Shown: positions 1-11,739, numbered from the stretch's first letter. The stretch: 32,000 nt of DNA from Pseudomonas aeruginosa (GCF_001457615.1 NZ_LN831024.1:2580001-2612000), one strand, 5' to 3'. Program-made: numbers and translations. The notes: a model not told the origin generated them from the sequence alone.

Positions 1-131
1 CGTGAGTGCGGATCAAATCTGTTTTACCGCCGTACGACTTTTTCCGTTCCCTGCGCCTATCTAACCTGCCGCTCTCTTCAACCCGGGATCGGCAGGCATC
101 TCCGCTGCGGTTCCAGCATGTACGGAACACC

Positions 132-722
132 ATGAAAAACATTCTCCTGCTCAACGGCGGAAAGCGTTTCGCCCATTCCGACGGTCGCCTCAACCAGACC
201 CTGCACGAAACCGCCCTGGCCCATCTGGACCGCCGTGGCTTCGACCTGCGCCAGACCCTCATCGACGGTGGCTATGACATCCCGACGGAGGTGGACAAGT
301 TCCTCTGGGCCGACGTGGTGATCTACCAGATGCCCGGCTGGTGGATGGGCGCGCCATGGACAGTGAAGCGCTACATCGACGAAGTCTTCACGGCCGGACA
401 CGGCAGCCTCTATGCCAACGACGGTCGTACCCGCTCCGACAGCACGCAGAAATATGGCAGCGGCGGTCTGGTGCAGGGCAAGCGCTACATGATCTCGGCG
501 ACCTGGAATGCACCACGGCAGGCGTTCGACGATCCGAGCGACTTCTTCGAGGGAAAAGGCGTGGATGCGGTGTATTTCCCCTTCCACAAGGCCAACCAGT
601 TCCTCGGCATGTCCGGCCTGCCGACGTTCCTCGCGGTGGATGTGATGAAGCGCCCGGACGTCCCGGCTACCGTCGCTGCCTACCAGGCGCACCTGGACAG
701 GGTGTTCGGGCGCGCCGGCTGA
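132..722 (+). CDS. mdaB: NAD(P)H quinone oxidoreductase / modulator of drug activity B (MdaB-like flavodoxin-fold), PA2580-like
   Basis: ORF 6..722, with the internal start MKNILLLNGGKRFAHSDGRLN at 132 preferred (196 aa). Flavodoxin-like fold motifs include YQMPGWWMGAPWTVKRYIDEVF. Confidence 0.85.
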   Translation: MKNILLLNGGKRFAHSDGRLNQTLHETALAHLDRRGFDLRQTLIDGGYDIPTEVDKFLWADVVIYQMPGWWMGAPWTVKRYIDEVFTAGHGSLYANDGRTRSDSTQKYGSGGLVQGKRYMISATWNAPRQAFDDPSDFFEGKGVDAVYFPFHKANQFLGMSGLPTFLAVDVMKRPDVPATVAAYQAHLDRVFGRAG

Positions 723-1046
723 GTTCGACGGCGGGCCTCGTGTCGCTTCGCTGGATGGAGTGGCGGGTCGAAATCCAGGCTCTCGGGACGAGGCCTAATG
801 GTCACGGATCCGCTATCCGGGCTTTTCTCGGCCACGACCCGCGAGTGATCCGAAATTCGATTTTTCCATCGATCCGTCGAATTAGATTTCATCGGGGACG
901 GGCGGGAAAGGATGCTTTGCACGAATATTCGAATGGGCGCATCGTAAAATGAGCGCGCTTCGACCGTGTCGAAGCCACCCCCGACAACGTTGCCGGCAGG
1001 TCGCTCATCGACTTCCGACGCCTGCCGCCGAATTCAGGAGATTCAC

Positions 1047-1913
1047 ATGTGTCCTTGCCCTCACTCCCAGGCCCAGGGAGAAACGGACGGAGAGGCTGAG
1101 TGGCATAACGCCGCCCTGGACTTCACCCATGCGATGAGCTACGGCGATTACCTGAAGCTGGACAAGGTTCTGGACGCCCAGTTCCCGCTTTCGCCCGACC
1201 ACAACGAAATGCTGTTCATCATCCAGCACCAGACCTCGGAGCTATGGATGAAGCTGATGCTCCACGAACTGCGGGCCGCCCGGGAGCACGTCAAGTCAGG
1301 CAAGCTCGGTCCGGCGCTGAAAATGCTCGCCAGGGTTTCGCGGATCTTCGACCAGCTGGTACACGCCTGGGCGGTGCTGGCCACCATGACGCCGACCGAG
1401 TACAACACCATCCGCCCGTACCTGGGCCAGTCTTCCGGTTTCCAGTCCTACCAGTACCGCGAGATCGAATTCATCCTCGGCAACAAGAACGCCACCCTGC
1501 TCAAGCCCCATGCTCACCGTGCCGAGCTGCTGGCGGCCCTGGAGCAGGCCCTGCATACGCCGTCGCTATACGACGAAGCGATCCGCCTGATGGCCGCCCA
1601 GGGGTTGCCGGTAAGCCAGGAGCGGCTCGCCCGGGACGCGGCGGCCGGCACCTGTTACGAGGCCTCGGTGGAGGCGGCGTGGCGACAGGTCTACCAGGCG
1701 CCGGAACGCTACTGGGACCTGTATCAGCTGGCGGAGAAACTGATCGACCTGGAGGACTCGTTCCGCCAGTGGCGCTTCCGTCACGTGACCACGGTGGAGC
1801 GCATCATCGGTTTCAAACCCGGCACGGGCGGAACCGAGGGAGTGGGGTATCTGCGCAGCATGCTCGATACCATCCTCTTCCCCGAACTGTGGCGGCTCCG
1901 TTCCAACCTGTAG
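1047..1913 (+). CDS. kynA: Tryptophan 2,3-dioxygenase
   Basis: Start [15 protein letters not shown] at 1047 (288 aa) preceded by AGGAG. Contains family motifs [19 protein letters not shown] and [21 protein letters not shown]. Confidence 0.95.
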   Translation: MCPCPHSQAQGETDGEAEWHNAALDFTHAMSYGDYLKLDKVLDAQFPLSPDHNEMLFIIQHQTSELWMKLMLHELRAAREHVKSGKLGPALKMLARVSRIFDQLVHAWAVLATMTPTEYNTIRPYLGQSSGFQSYQYREIEFILGNKNATLLKPHAHRAELLAALEQALHTPSLYDEAIRLMAAQGLPVSQERLARDAAAGTCYEASVEAAWRQVYQAPERYWDLYQLAEKLIDLEDSFRQWRFRHVTTVERIIGFKPGTGGTEGVGYLRSMLDTILFPELWRLRSNL

Positions 1914-1920
1914 TACCGGA

Positions 1921-1944
1921 TGAGGCGCAGCATCCGCCTGCGCC

Positions 1945-1947
<3 letters not shown>
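1921..1947. terminator. Hairpin between convergent kynA and acetyltransferase genes
   Basis: TGAGGCGCA (1921-1929), 9-nt loop, TGCGCCTCA (1939-1947). The 9-bp stem is perfect but there is no clear U-tract. Confidence 0.45.
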
Positions 1948-2957
<1,010 letters not shown>

Positions 2958-3089
2958 GTCGGCCTCGAAAGTTTTTTTTCAAAATAGCCCTGATAAAAAA
3001 GGTCGTCACGGGTTTTTGCCTGAGTAATGCGATGGAGGGCTGGAAGACGACTTTGGATAATCATAGGCCTGTCTTGCGGGAGAGCGCCC

Positions 3090-3989
3090 ATGAACGATCC
3101 GATCCGTCGCGGTACGCTGGAAATGACTTCGGCCATGCTGATCTGCGGCACCATTGGCTGGCTGGTGCTGCTCTCCGGGCAGCCCGTGCTGGACGTGGTG
3201 TTCTGGCGCTGCGTATTCGGTTTCGCCACGCTGCTGGTCGCCTGTGCCGCGCTGGGTTTCCTGCGCCGCGGCAGCCTGGGGCGCGAGGCGTTCCTGCTGG
3301 CGCTCCTCAGCGGGGTGTTCATCGTCGGCAACTGGGTATTGCTATTCGCATCCTACTCACGGGCTTCGATCGCCATCGGTACCGCGGTCTACAACGTCCA
3401 GCCGTTCATGCTGGTGGGGCTAGGCGCGGTGTTTCTCGGCGAGAAGGTCACTGCGCGCAAGCTGGGCTGGCTGGGGCTTTCGTTCGCCGGCATGCTGGCG
3501 ATCGTCAGCGCCCACGGCGACAGCGACGCCCCGCGCGGGGACTACCTGTTCGGTATCCTCCTGGCGCTCGCTGCCGCGCTGCTGTATGCCTTTGCCGCGC
3601 TGATCGTGAAGCGCCTGCAAGGCACGCCGCCGCATCTTATCGCCTTGATCCAGGTGGGCACCGGCGTGCTGATGCTCGCACCGCTGGCGAACCTTGCCGA
3701 ACTGCCCCGGCACGTTGCTCCCTGGGCCAGCCTGGCGACCCTGGGAATCGTCCATACCGGGCTGATGTACGTACTGCTCTACGGCGCCATTCAGAAATTG
3801 CCGACGGCGCTGACCGGTGCCTTGTCCTTCATCTATCCGGTCGCGGCGATCCTGGTGGACTGGCTGGTCTTCGAACATCGCCTGAGCCTGGCCCAGTGGC
3901 TTGGCGTGGCTGCCATCCTGCTCGCCGCGGCGGGCATGCAGCAGGGTTGGAGCGTGCGCCTGCCGAGGCCGGCGGTGCGTCGCGGCTGA
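3090..3989 (+). CDS. EamA/DMT family transporter
   Basis: Start MNDPIRRGTLEMTSAMLICGTIGW at 3090 (299 aa). Multiple TM helices with an EamA-like duplicated organisation. Confidence 0.88.
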   Translation: MNDPIRRGTLEMTSAMLICGTIGWLVLLSGQPVLDVVFWRCVFGFATLLVACAALGFLRRGSLGREAFLLALLSGVFIVGNWVLLFASYSRASIAIGTAVYNVQPFMLVGLGAVFLGEKVTARKLGWLGLSFAGMLAIVSAHGDSDAPRGDYLFGILLALAAALLYAFAALIVKRLQGTPPHLIALIQVGTGVLMLAPLANLAELPRHVAPWASLATLGIVHTGLMYVLLYGAIQKLPTALTGALSFIYPVAAILVDWLVFEHRLSLAQWLGVAAILLAAAGMQQGWSVRLPRPAVRRG

Positions 3990-4004
3990 GGCGCGGGGGA
4001 AAGA

Positions 4005-4032
4005 AAAAGCCCCGCGACGAGGCGGGGCTTTT
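4005..4032. terminator. Bidirectional intrinsic terminator
   Basis: AAAAGCCCCGC-GACGAG-GCGGGGCTTTT between two convergent genes. Confidence 0.9.
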
Positions 4033-4051
4033 CTACGGCGATCTCGGCCGA

Positions 4052-4654
4052 TCAGTTGCCGAAGACCTTGAAGCGTTCGCTTTCGGCGATGAAGGCTTTC
4101 TCGCCCGCCGGAGCGGCGATGGCGCCGAAAGGCATCTGTGCGCGCAGCTTCCAGCTTTCCGGCAGGTTCCAGGTCTTGTGGGTCTGCGCATCTACCAGCG
4201 GGTTGTAGTGCTGCAGGCTGGCGCCGACCTTGTGCTCGGCGAGGGCGGTCCAGACCGCGAACTGGGCCATGCCGCTGGCCTGCTCCGACCACACCGGGAA
4301 GTTGTCGGCGTAGAGGGCGAACTGCTCCTGAAGCTGGCGCACTACCGTCTGGTCTTCGAAGAACAGTACGGTGCCGGCACCGGCGGCGAAGGAATTGAGC
4401 TTGGTTTCGGTGGCGGCGAAAGCGTCGGCGGGAACGATCTTCTTCAACTCGTCCTTGGCGATGTTCCAGAACTGCTCGTGCTCGGCGCCGAACAGGACGA
4501 CCACCCGCGAGCTCTGCGAGTTGAACGCGGAAGGGCTGTGCGAGACGGCCTCCTTGACCAGTTCGACGATTTTCTCCTGGGAGACGGGCAGTTGCTTGTC
4601 CAGGGCGTAGATGGTGCGGCGGTTCTTGATGGAGGAGAGGAATGCGTCAGACAT
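4052..4654 (-). CDS. Nitroreductase family protein
   Basis: ORF track gives 289 aa from 4921. The preferred start is MSDAFLSSIKNRRTIYALDKQLPVSQEKIVELVKEAVSHSPSAFNSQSSR (200 aa), with characteristic nitroreductase N-terminus NRRT...SPSAFNSQ. Confidence 0.9.
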   Translation of the reverse strand: MSDAFLSSIKNRRTIYALDKQLPVSQEKIVELVKEAVSHSPSAFNSQSSRVVVLFGAEHEQFWNIAKDELKKIVPADAFAATETKLNSFAAGAGTVLFFEDQTVVRQLQEQFALYADNFPVWSEQASGMAQFAVWTALAEHKVGASLQHYNPLVDAQTHKTWNLPESWKLRAQMPFGAIAAPAGEKAFIAESERFKVFGN

Positions 4655-4750
4655 CGTGAGGCTCCTTGTTTGGAAATTGGATTCGATATTAGCGACGGCC
4701 TCGATGAGATCAATGGGAAATAACCGGTGATTCCTATCGGCTGATGCGAT

Positions 4751-4784
4751 GGATACCCGGCTTTCCCAGGAAAGCCGGGTATCC
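4751..4784. repeat. Perfect inverted repeat, 16-bp arms, 2-bp spacer
   Basis: GGATACCCGGCTTTCC-CA-GGAAAGCCGGGTATCC in the nitroreductase/alkB1 divergent intergenic region. Confidence 0.9.
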
Positions 4785-4999
4785 ACGGTCCAGCGCGGCC
4801 GGCAGCGAGAGACGGCAAGTACGGATGAAAATGGAATATCGAGAAAGTCGATGGGCATAAAACCGCGAGGACTTGCCCTTTGATTCAGGTCAAGCAGGGT
4901 GAAGGCCGGGGAGGCGGCCAACCTTTAGTGATGGTGACCTGGCAGCCCGGCTCGGTGATGGTTCGATTGTAGGATTGTCGGACAAAACTGGAGCGCACG

Positions 5000-6148
5000 A
5001 TGTTTGAAAATTTCTCTCCCAGCACCATGCTGGCCATCAAGAAGTACGCCTATTGGCTCTGGCTGCTGCTGGCGTTGTCCATGCCGTTCAACTACTGGAT
5101 GGCCCAGGACAGCGCGCATCCGGCCTTCTGGGCATTTTCCCTGGTGATTGCGGTATTCGGCATCGGGCCGCTGCTGGACATGCTGTTCGGCCGCGACCCG
5201 GCCAACCCCGACGAGGAAACGCAGACGCCGCAGTTGCTCGGCCAGGGCTATTACGTATTGCTGACCCTGGCCACGGTGCCGGTGCTCATCGGTACGCTGG
5301 TGTGGGCCGCTGGCGTGTTCGTCGCTTTCCAGGAGTGGGGCTGGCTCGGCCGGTTGGGCTGGATCCTCTCGATGGGCACGGTGATGGGAGCGGTGGGGAT
5401 CGTCGTCGCCCATGAGCTGATCCACAAGGACTCGGCGCTGGAGCAGGCTGCCGGCGGCATTCTGCTGGCCGCCGTGTGCTACGCGGGGTTCAAGGTCGAG
5501 CATGTGCGCGGCCACCATGTGCATGTGTCTACGCCGGAGGACGCTTCGTCGGCGCGTTTCGGCCAGTCGGTCTACCAGTTCCTGCCGCATGCCTACAAGT
5601 ACAACTTCCTCAACGCCTGGCGCCTTGAAGCGGTGCGGCTGCGCAAGAAGGGCCTGCCGGTGTTCGGCTGGCAGAACGAACTGATCTGGTGGTACCTGCT
5701 GAGCCTGGCGTTGCTGGTCGGTTTCGGTTGGGCGTTCGGCTGGCTGGGGATGGTTTTCTTCCTTGGCCAAGCGTTCGTCGCGGTGACCCTGCTGGAGATC
5801 ATCAACTACGTCGAGCACTACGGCCTGCATCGGCGAAAGGGCGAGGACGGGCGCTACGAGCGGACCAACCATACCCACTCCTGGAACAGCAACTTCGTCT
5901 TCACCAACCTGGTCCTGTTCCATCTGCAACGGCATTCCGACCATCATGCCTTCGCCAAACGCCCCTATCAGGTCCTCCGTCATTATGACGATAGCCCGCA
6001 GATGCCCAGCGGTTATGCCGGGATGGTGGTGCTGGCGCTGATCCCGCCGCTGTGGCGGGCGGTCATGGACCCCAAGGTGCGGGCCTACTATGCGGGCGAA
6101 GAGTTCCAGTTGACGGCCGAACAGAGCGAGCGGCCGGCAGCTTCCTGA
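5000..6148 (+). CDS. alkB1: Alkane 1-monooxygenase, AlkB1-like
   Basis: 382 aa membrane di-iron hydroxylase with histidine boxes HELIHK, VRGHHVHVST (EHVRGHH), LQRHSDHH and NYVEHYGLHR. Confidence 0.95.
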   Translation: MFENFSPSTMLAIKKYAYWLWLLLALSMPFNYWMAQDSAHPAFWAFSLVIAVFGIGPLLDMLFGRDPANPDEETQTPQLLGQGYYVLLTLATVPVLIGTLVWAAGVFVAFQEWGWLGRLGWILSMGTVMGAVGIVVAHELIHKDSALEQAAGGILLAAVCYAGFKVEHVRGHHVHVSTPEDASSARFGQSVYQFLPHAYKYNFLNAWRLEAVRLRKKGLPVFGWQNELIWWYLLSLALLVGFGWAFGWLGMVFFLGQAFVAVTLLEIINYVEHYGLHRRKGEDGRYERTNHTHSWNSNFVFTNLVLFHLQRHSDHHAFAKRPYQVLRHYDDSPQMPSGYAGMVVLALIPPLWRAVMDPKVRAYYAGEEFQLTAEQSERPAAS

Positions 6149-6259
6149 GAATGGCCGGCGTCCCCGCTCCGTGCCCGAATAGCTCTTCGTTCGGGCAATC
6201 CCGCCTTGCCTGGGGTTGACTATCCTTAGCGATATCTCGGCACGGAAAGGAGCCCAGGG

Positions 6260-7867
6260 ATGAACATTCGGCAGAGAATCCTCGCTTCGGGCGCCATCGG
6301 CATCGTGGCTGTGGTGCTGCTAGGCGGGGTCGGCTTCTGGGGGCAATTGCGGTTGGGCAAGGCGCTGTCGGAGAACGAGCTGAGCGTCAATGCGCTGCGC
6401 AACCACATGGAAGGCGACATGATGCACGACGCCTTGCGCGCCGACGTCCTGGCGGCGTTCGTGGTCCAGCCCGGCGACGGCGCGGCGGCCGAGCAGGTCC
6501 GCCAGGACCTGCAGGAGCACAGCCAGTGGTTTCGCAAGGTGGTCGAGCAGAACCAGGGGCTGCCTCTCAACGACGCCATCCACCAGGCGCTGGTCGAGTT
6601 GCGGCCCGACCTGGAAGCCTACATCGGCGCCGCCGAGAGCATCGTCGGCAAGGCGTTGCTCGATCCCGTGGCGGCGCGGGCCGAGCTGCCGCAGTTCGTC
6701 CAGGCCTTCAAGGAGCTGGAAGGGCGCAACGAAGCGCTCAGCAGCCTGATCGAGAAACACGTCGAGCAGACCAACCGGGCGCGCGAAGACAGCATGCGCT
6801 ATTCCGCCTGGATGCTCGCGGGCGGCATCCTGGTCGCCTGCCTGGTCCTTGGACAGCTCTGTCGCCAGTTGCTGCGCGCCGTCCTGCAGCCGCTGCGCAA
6901 ACTGGTCTCATCGGCCCGGGTGATCGCCCAGGGCAACCTGCAGGAGCCGATCGGCGTCGACAGCAATGACGAGGCCGGCCAGTTGCAGCGGGCGTTGGGC
7001 GAGATGCAGGAGAACCTGCGGCAGATGATCACCATCATCCGCCAGGAAAGCGAAGAGCTCCACGACACCTCCCAATCCATCGGCCAGACCTCGCAGTCGA
7101 TCGTCCACGGCGCCAGCCAACAGGCCGACAGCGCCACCAGCATGGCCGCGAGCATGGAAGAGATGATCACCAATATCTCGCAGATTTCCGACCACGCCGA
7201 CAACGCCAGGGTGATCTCGGCCAAGTCCGAGGAGCTGGCCAGCAGTGGCGGGCAGGTGATCCTCAACGTGGTGGAAGGGATGAGCCGCATCGCCGACGTG
7301 GTCAACCAGTCCTCCACCAGCATCACCGCTCTCGGCCAGTCGTCGGACGAGATCCATTCGATCATCCAGGTGATCAAGGGGATCGCCGAGCAGACCAACC
7401 TGCTGGCGTTGAACGCCGCCATCGAGGCGGCGCGGGCCGGAGAGGCCGGGCGCGGTTTCGCCGTGGTCGCCGACGAGGTACGCGGGCTGGCGGCGCGGAC
7501 CACCCAGTCGACCCAGGAGATCACCGCGATGATCGAGCGCATCCGCGCCAGCACGGGGCAAGCGATCAACAGCATGGAGGCCGGCGTGAGCCGGGTCAAC
7601 GAGGGGGTGTCGTTCGCCCGCCAGGCAGGGGTGTCGATCAACGAGATCCTCGATGGAACCCGTCATGCCGCGTCGGTGGTCGATGAGATTTCCCAGACCA
7701 TCCGCGAGCAGTCGCGCGCCAGTGATGAAATCGCCCAGCGCGTGGAACTCATCGCCCAGCGTTCGCAGCAGAACACCCAGGCGATGCACGAGATGGCCGC
7801 CACCGCCAGGCGCCTGAACGAGGTTGCAGCGACCATGCGCTCGTCGGTGGAGCGCTTCAAGATCTGA
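6260..7867 (+). CDS. Methyl-accepting chemotaxis transducer (PA2573-like)
   Basis: 535 aa. N-terminal TM, periplasmic helical region, second TM ([20 protein letters not shown]), HAMP and conserved hairpin [44 protein letters not shown]. Confidence 0.95.
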   Translation: MNIRQRILASGAIGIVAVVLLGGVGFWGQLRLGKALSENELSVNALRNHMEGDMMHDALRADVLAAFVVQPGDGAAAEQVRQDLQEHSQWFRKVVEQNQGLPLNDAIHQALVELRPDLEAYIGAAESIVGKALLDPVAARAELPQFVQAFKELEGRNEALSSLIEKHVEQTNRAREDSMRYSAWMLAGGILVACLVLGQLCRQLLRAVLQPLRKLVSSARVIAQGNLQEPIGVDSNDEAGQLQRALGEMQENLRQMITIIRQESEELHDTSQSIGQTSQSIVHGASQQADSATSMAASMEEMITNISQISDHADNARVISAKSEELASSGGQVILNVVEGMSRIADVVNQSSTSITALGQSSDEIHSIIQVIKGIAEQTNLLALNAAIEAARAGEAGRGFAVVADEVRGLAARTTQSTQEITAMIERIRASTGQAINSMEAGVSRVNEGVSFARQAGVSINEILDGTRHAASVVDEISQTIREQSRASDEIAQRVELIAQRSQQNTQAMHEMAATARRLNEVAATMRSSVERFKI

Positions 7868-7877
7868 CGGGAGCCGC

Positions 7878-9221
7878 CTAGGTCGTCGACTCCGGGAGGC
7901 GCACGAACAGCGTGTAGCGTGCGCCTTCGATCGCTTCGAAGGCGATCAGCTTCTCGATCAGCGCCAGGTTCAGGACCTTGCCCGCGTTGAGCAGCAGCAT
8001 GCCGTTGTTGGCGGTGAGGTTGCGCGCCAGCACCATGCCCGGAACCAGGTCGCGGGTGCCATGGGCACGGACTTGCGGATCGGCCAGGGTGACATCGGCA
8101 AGGGTCGTCGCGCAGACCTGGATGAACGGTTCGATCAGCTCGGGGTCGTACAGCCGGCCGGCGTATTTGCGGATGTACATCAGTGCTTCGTCGCGATTCA
8201 TGCGCCGTTCGAGGATCAGTCCGCGCTGCAGCTCGACGAAATCCACCGCCAGCTTCAAGAGGCGCGAGCCCAGGGGAATGGCCTCGCCCTTGAGGTGGTC
8301 CGGATAGCCGCTGCCGTCCCAGTGCTCCTGGTGATGGCGAATCAGGCGGGCGGCGTCCTGCATCGGTTCCAGCGACATCAGCAGCGACTCGCTGAGTTCC
8401 GGGTAGCCGCGGAAACGATCGCGGTCGTGGTGATAGAGCAGGTCCGAGGGCGAGCTGAGCAGGGTGTCGTTCCAGCTTAGCTTGCCGATGTTGTAGAGCG
8501 CCGCGGCCATCGCCAGGTCGCGACCATCCGATTCGTCGACGAGGCCGCTGGCACAGCAGGCGCGGACCAGTTCGATGATTTGCTGGTTGGTCTGCTTGTC
8601 CTTGGGCAGGCGCTGGTTGACCAGCAGCGAGAAGACTTCGGTGCCGACCACGTAGCTGCGCTTTAGCTCCTCATAGGCGAGGTCGAGCATGTCGGCGGTC
8701 TGCTGCAGTTCGGCGGTGCGCGCCTGAACGCGCTTTTCCAGCGTGGCGTTGAGTTGCTGGAGGCGGTCGTTCTGCTCCTGGGTAAGTCGCTCCAGGCGCC
8801 GCCGCTCGCGCTCGGAATGCAGGTATTCGAGCGACTGGCGCAGGGTCAGCAGCAACTCGTCGTCGTTCCACGGCTTGCTCAGGTAATGGTGGATGCGCCC
8901 TTCATTGATGGCCTTGGCGATGGTTGGCAGGTCGGCATGGCCGGTGAGCAGGATGCGAATGGTTTCCGGGGAGCGGCGATGGATTTCCGCGAGCAGGGCA
9001 GCGCCGTCCATGTTCGGCATGCGGGCGTCGGACACCACCAGGTCCACGGGCCGGCTTTCCAGCAGTTGCAGGGCCTGTTCGCCGCTCTCCGCCAGCAACA
9101 GGTCGTAGGGCTGGTTGCGTAGCAGCCGGCGCAGGCTGCTGAGGATCAGCGGCTCGTCGTCGACCAGCAGCACGCTGAAGCGGATCTCCGTCTCGTTGGA
9201 AGGAGGTGCGCTATCGTTCAT
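7878..9221 (-). CDS. Response regulator with degenerate (YN-GYP) HD-GYP domain, PA2572-like
   Basis: 447 aa from MNDSAPPSNETEIRF. Intact receiver (LLVDDEP...VVSDARMPNMDG...YLSKPW) followed by AAALYNIGKLS and HHQEHWDGSGYP. Confidence 0.92.
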   Translation of the reverse strand: MNDSAPPSNETEIRFSVLLVDDEPLILSSLRRLLRNQPYDLLLAESGEQALQLLESRPVDLVVSDARMPNMDGAALLAEIHRRSPETIRILLTGHADLPTIAKAINEGRIHHYLSKPWNDDELLLTLRQSLEYLHSERERRRLERLTQEQNDRLQQLNATLEKRVQARTAELQQTADMLDLAYEELKRSYVVGTEVFSLLVNQRLPKDKQTNQQIIELVRACCASGLVDESDGRDLAMAAALYNIGKLSWNDTLLSSPSDLLYHHDRDRFRGYPELSESLLMSLEPMQDAARLIRHHQEHWDGSGYPDHLKGEAIPLGSRLLKLAVDFVELQRGLILERRMNRDEALMYIRKYAGRLYDPELIEPFIQVCATTLADVTLADPQVRAHGTRDLVPGMVLARNLTANNGMLLLNAGKVLNLALIEKLIAFEAIEGARYTLFVRLPESTT

Positions 9222-9334
9222 GAGTGTCTGTCCACCGGGTGAGTTTTGCCTGAATACTTCAGGCAAGCATAGTCCGAGTCTGGCCTGGACGAGGGCGCAT
9301 GCACGCGGCGGCTGGGCGAGCGGAGGTGCGGATC

Positions 9335-10711
9335 ATGGAGACGTTACCCATCAGGAACCGGCGCTTGCTGGTGATCGATGAGCGGCAGGCGGATCGAGAC
9401 CGTGTATGCGGGTTGTTGCAGGGAACCCTAGGGGCCGAATCGCCTCCCGTGGCGCCTGAGCGGGGCTACCAGGTGGATACGGCGGGAAGCGCCGAGGAGG
9501 CATTGGGGCGGATACGCTCGGCCCTCCAGGCCGATGCGCCGTATGCCGTGGTCTTCCTCGGGATGCCGTCGGTAGGCGCGGATATTCCCGTTCTCGAGCG
9601 GTTCTGGCGTCTCGACTCCCGCTTGCAGGTCGTGGTGCATGCGCCTCCCGCCGATTTTCCGCTATTGGCGCCGTGGGCTGCGGAAGAGCGCCTGTTGCTC
9701 CTCGGCCTGCCTTTGCAGGGACAGGAGGTCCGCCAGATGGCCGGCAATCTCAGCGCCAAGTGGAACGTGACGGCTCACCTCCAGTTGCAGATGAGCCGGA
9801 TGGAGGCTGCCATCCAGGAGATCACCCGGGAAGTCGGCCAGGCCAAGGAGGCGCTGGAGAAAGAGATCGGCGAGCGCAAGGAACTGGAAAGCCAACTGGT
9901 GCAGACGGAGAAGCTTGCCTCGATCGGCCACCTGGCCGCCGGCGTCGCCCATGAGATCAATAACCCCATCAGCTACGTTTCCTCCAACTACACCACCCTG
10001 GAGGAGCACGTCAGGCGTTTGCTGGAGGTACTTGAAGCCTATGAAGAGGCTCGCCCCGCGATCCGCGACGAGGCGCTGGCAAGACGCCTGGAGCAGCTCG
10101 GCGAGCGGGTCGAACTGGCCTTCGTCAAGGAGGATGTCGCCGTGTTGCTGCGCGAATCCAGGGAAGGTATAGGGCGGGTGCGCAAGATCGTCCAGGACCT
10201 GAAGAACTTCTCCCGCGTCGACGCCGAGGACGACTGGCAGTGGACCGATCTGCACCAGGGGATCGAGTCGACCCTCAATATCGTCGCCAGCGAACTGAAG
10301 TACCGGGCCGACGTGGTCCGCGAATACGGCGATCTACCCGAGGTGAAGTGCCTGCCGTCGCAGATCAACCAGGTGGTGATGAACCTGGTGATGAACGCGG
10401 CCCAGGCGATGGGGCCGGAGCGGGGTCGCATCGTGATTCGCACGGGGCATACCGTGGAGCATGCCTGGATCGAAGTGGAAGACTCGGGGCAGGGTATCTC
10501 CCCCGAGATCCTGCCGCGCATCTTCGATCCGTTCTTCACCACCAAGCCGGTAGGCAAGGGGACCGGCCTGGGGTTGTCGCTCTCCTACGGCATCGTCCAG
10601 AAACACGGCGGCACCATCGAGGTACGCAGCCAGCCGGGAGTCGGCAGCGCTTTCCGGATCGTGCTTCCCCTGGAATCACCCGGCAACCTGGGCGGAGCCC
10701 ACGGAAATTAA
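9335..10711 (+). CDS. Sensor histidine kinase with N-terminal receiver-like domain, PA2571-like
   Basis: Start [18 protein letters not shown] at 9335 with GGAGG upstream. H-box [25 protein letters not shown] boxes [32 protein letters not shown]. Confidence 0.93.
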   Translation: METLPIRNRRLLVIDERQADRDRVCGLLQGTLGAESPPVAPERGYQVDTAGSAEEALGRIRSALQADAPYAVVFLGMPSVGADIPVLERFWRLDSRLQVVVHAPPADFPLLAPWAAEERLLLLGLPLQGQEVRQMAGNLSAKWNVTAHLQLQMSRMEAAIQEITREVGQAKEALEKEIGERKELESQLVQTEKLASIGHLAAGVAHEINNPISYVSSNYTTLEEHVRRLLEVLEAYEEARPAIRDEALARRLEQLGERVELAFVKEDVAVLLRESREGIGRVRKIVQDLKNFSRVDAEDDWQWTDLHQGIESTLNIVASELKYRADVVREYGDLPEVKCLPSQINQVVMNLVMNAAQAMGPERGRIVIRTGHTVEHAWIEVEDSGQGISPEILPRIFDPFFTTKPVGKGTGLGLSLSYGIVQKHGGTIEVRSQPGVGSAFRIVLPLESPGNLGGAHGN

Positions 10712-10824
10712 CTGTTGCGCCGGCTAGAGTAACGTAAGACAATGATTTATCTACCGTTTGGGGTGGGTCTCGGGTTGGGATGCCGGTTTGGTTCCCGTTG
10801 CCGGCTCACTTGAAGCGAGATCCT

Positions 10825-10911
10825 GCCCGGATGGCGAAATCGGTAGACGCAAGGGACTTAAAATCCCTCGGGGGTAACCCCGTGCCGGTTCGACCCCGGC
10901 TCCGGGCACCA
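10825..10911 (+). tRNA. tRNA-Leu (anticodon TAA), CCA encoded
   Basis: GCCCGGATGGCGAAATCGGTAGACGCAAGGGACTTAAAATCCCTCGGGGGTAACCCCGTGCCGGTTCGACCCCGGCTCCGGGCACCA. Acceptor stem GCCCGGA/TCCGGGC, long variable arm and TTCGA T-loop. Confidence 0.97.
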
Positions 10912-11203
10912 TCGTGTTTCCTGGCGTTCAGCCGACTTCTGCGTTCCTTCCCCGATTTTCTTCCGGCCCGCCATCGCGCGGCAATCAACGAGTCGACGTT
11001 GCCTTCTTTCCCTCCTCGGCCTTGGAGGCGTTTCATTCTAGTACGGCTCCGTATAGGGTTCGCCCTGGCTGGTGTGCGGGAGTGTTTGTGCAGCTTGAAG
11101 TAGTTGTCTTTGGAAGTTTGATTTTTTGTCGTTATCTTCTGCTCCTGCTTTTTAATTTCCTTTCCGAATATATTCAATTCACTGGCGGAATTATCCTCTT
11201 TTC

Positions 11204-11695
<492 letters not shown>

Positions 11696-11712
11696 TAACT
11701 TGTCTCGGAAAA

Positions 11713-11739
11713 AAAAGGGCCCGAATGGGCTCTTTTTTT
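11713..11739 (+). terminator. Rho-independent terminator of lecA
   Basis: AAAAGGGCCCGAATGGGCTCTTTTTTT: stem (G)AGCCC/GGGCC(T) with flanking A and T tracts, just after the lecA stop. Confidence 0.85.

Noticed and set aside
6172-6197. TGCCCGAA-N10-TTCGGGCA hairpin after alkB1
   Set aside because: Only an 8-bp stem with no T-tract; a plausible weak terminator but not distinctive enough to call.
10825-10911. tRNA-Leu as attachment site of a genomic island
   Set aside because: No integrase, no second copy of the tRNA 3' end and no phage genes found in the window.
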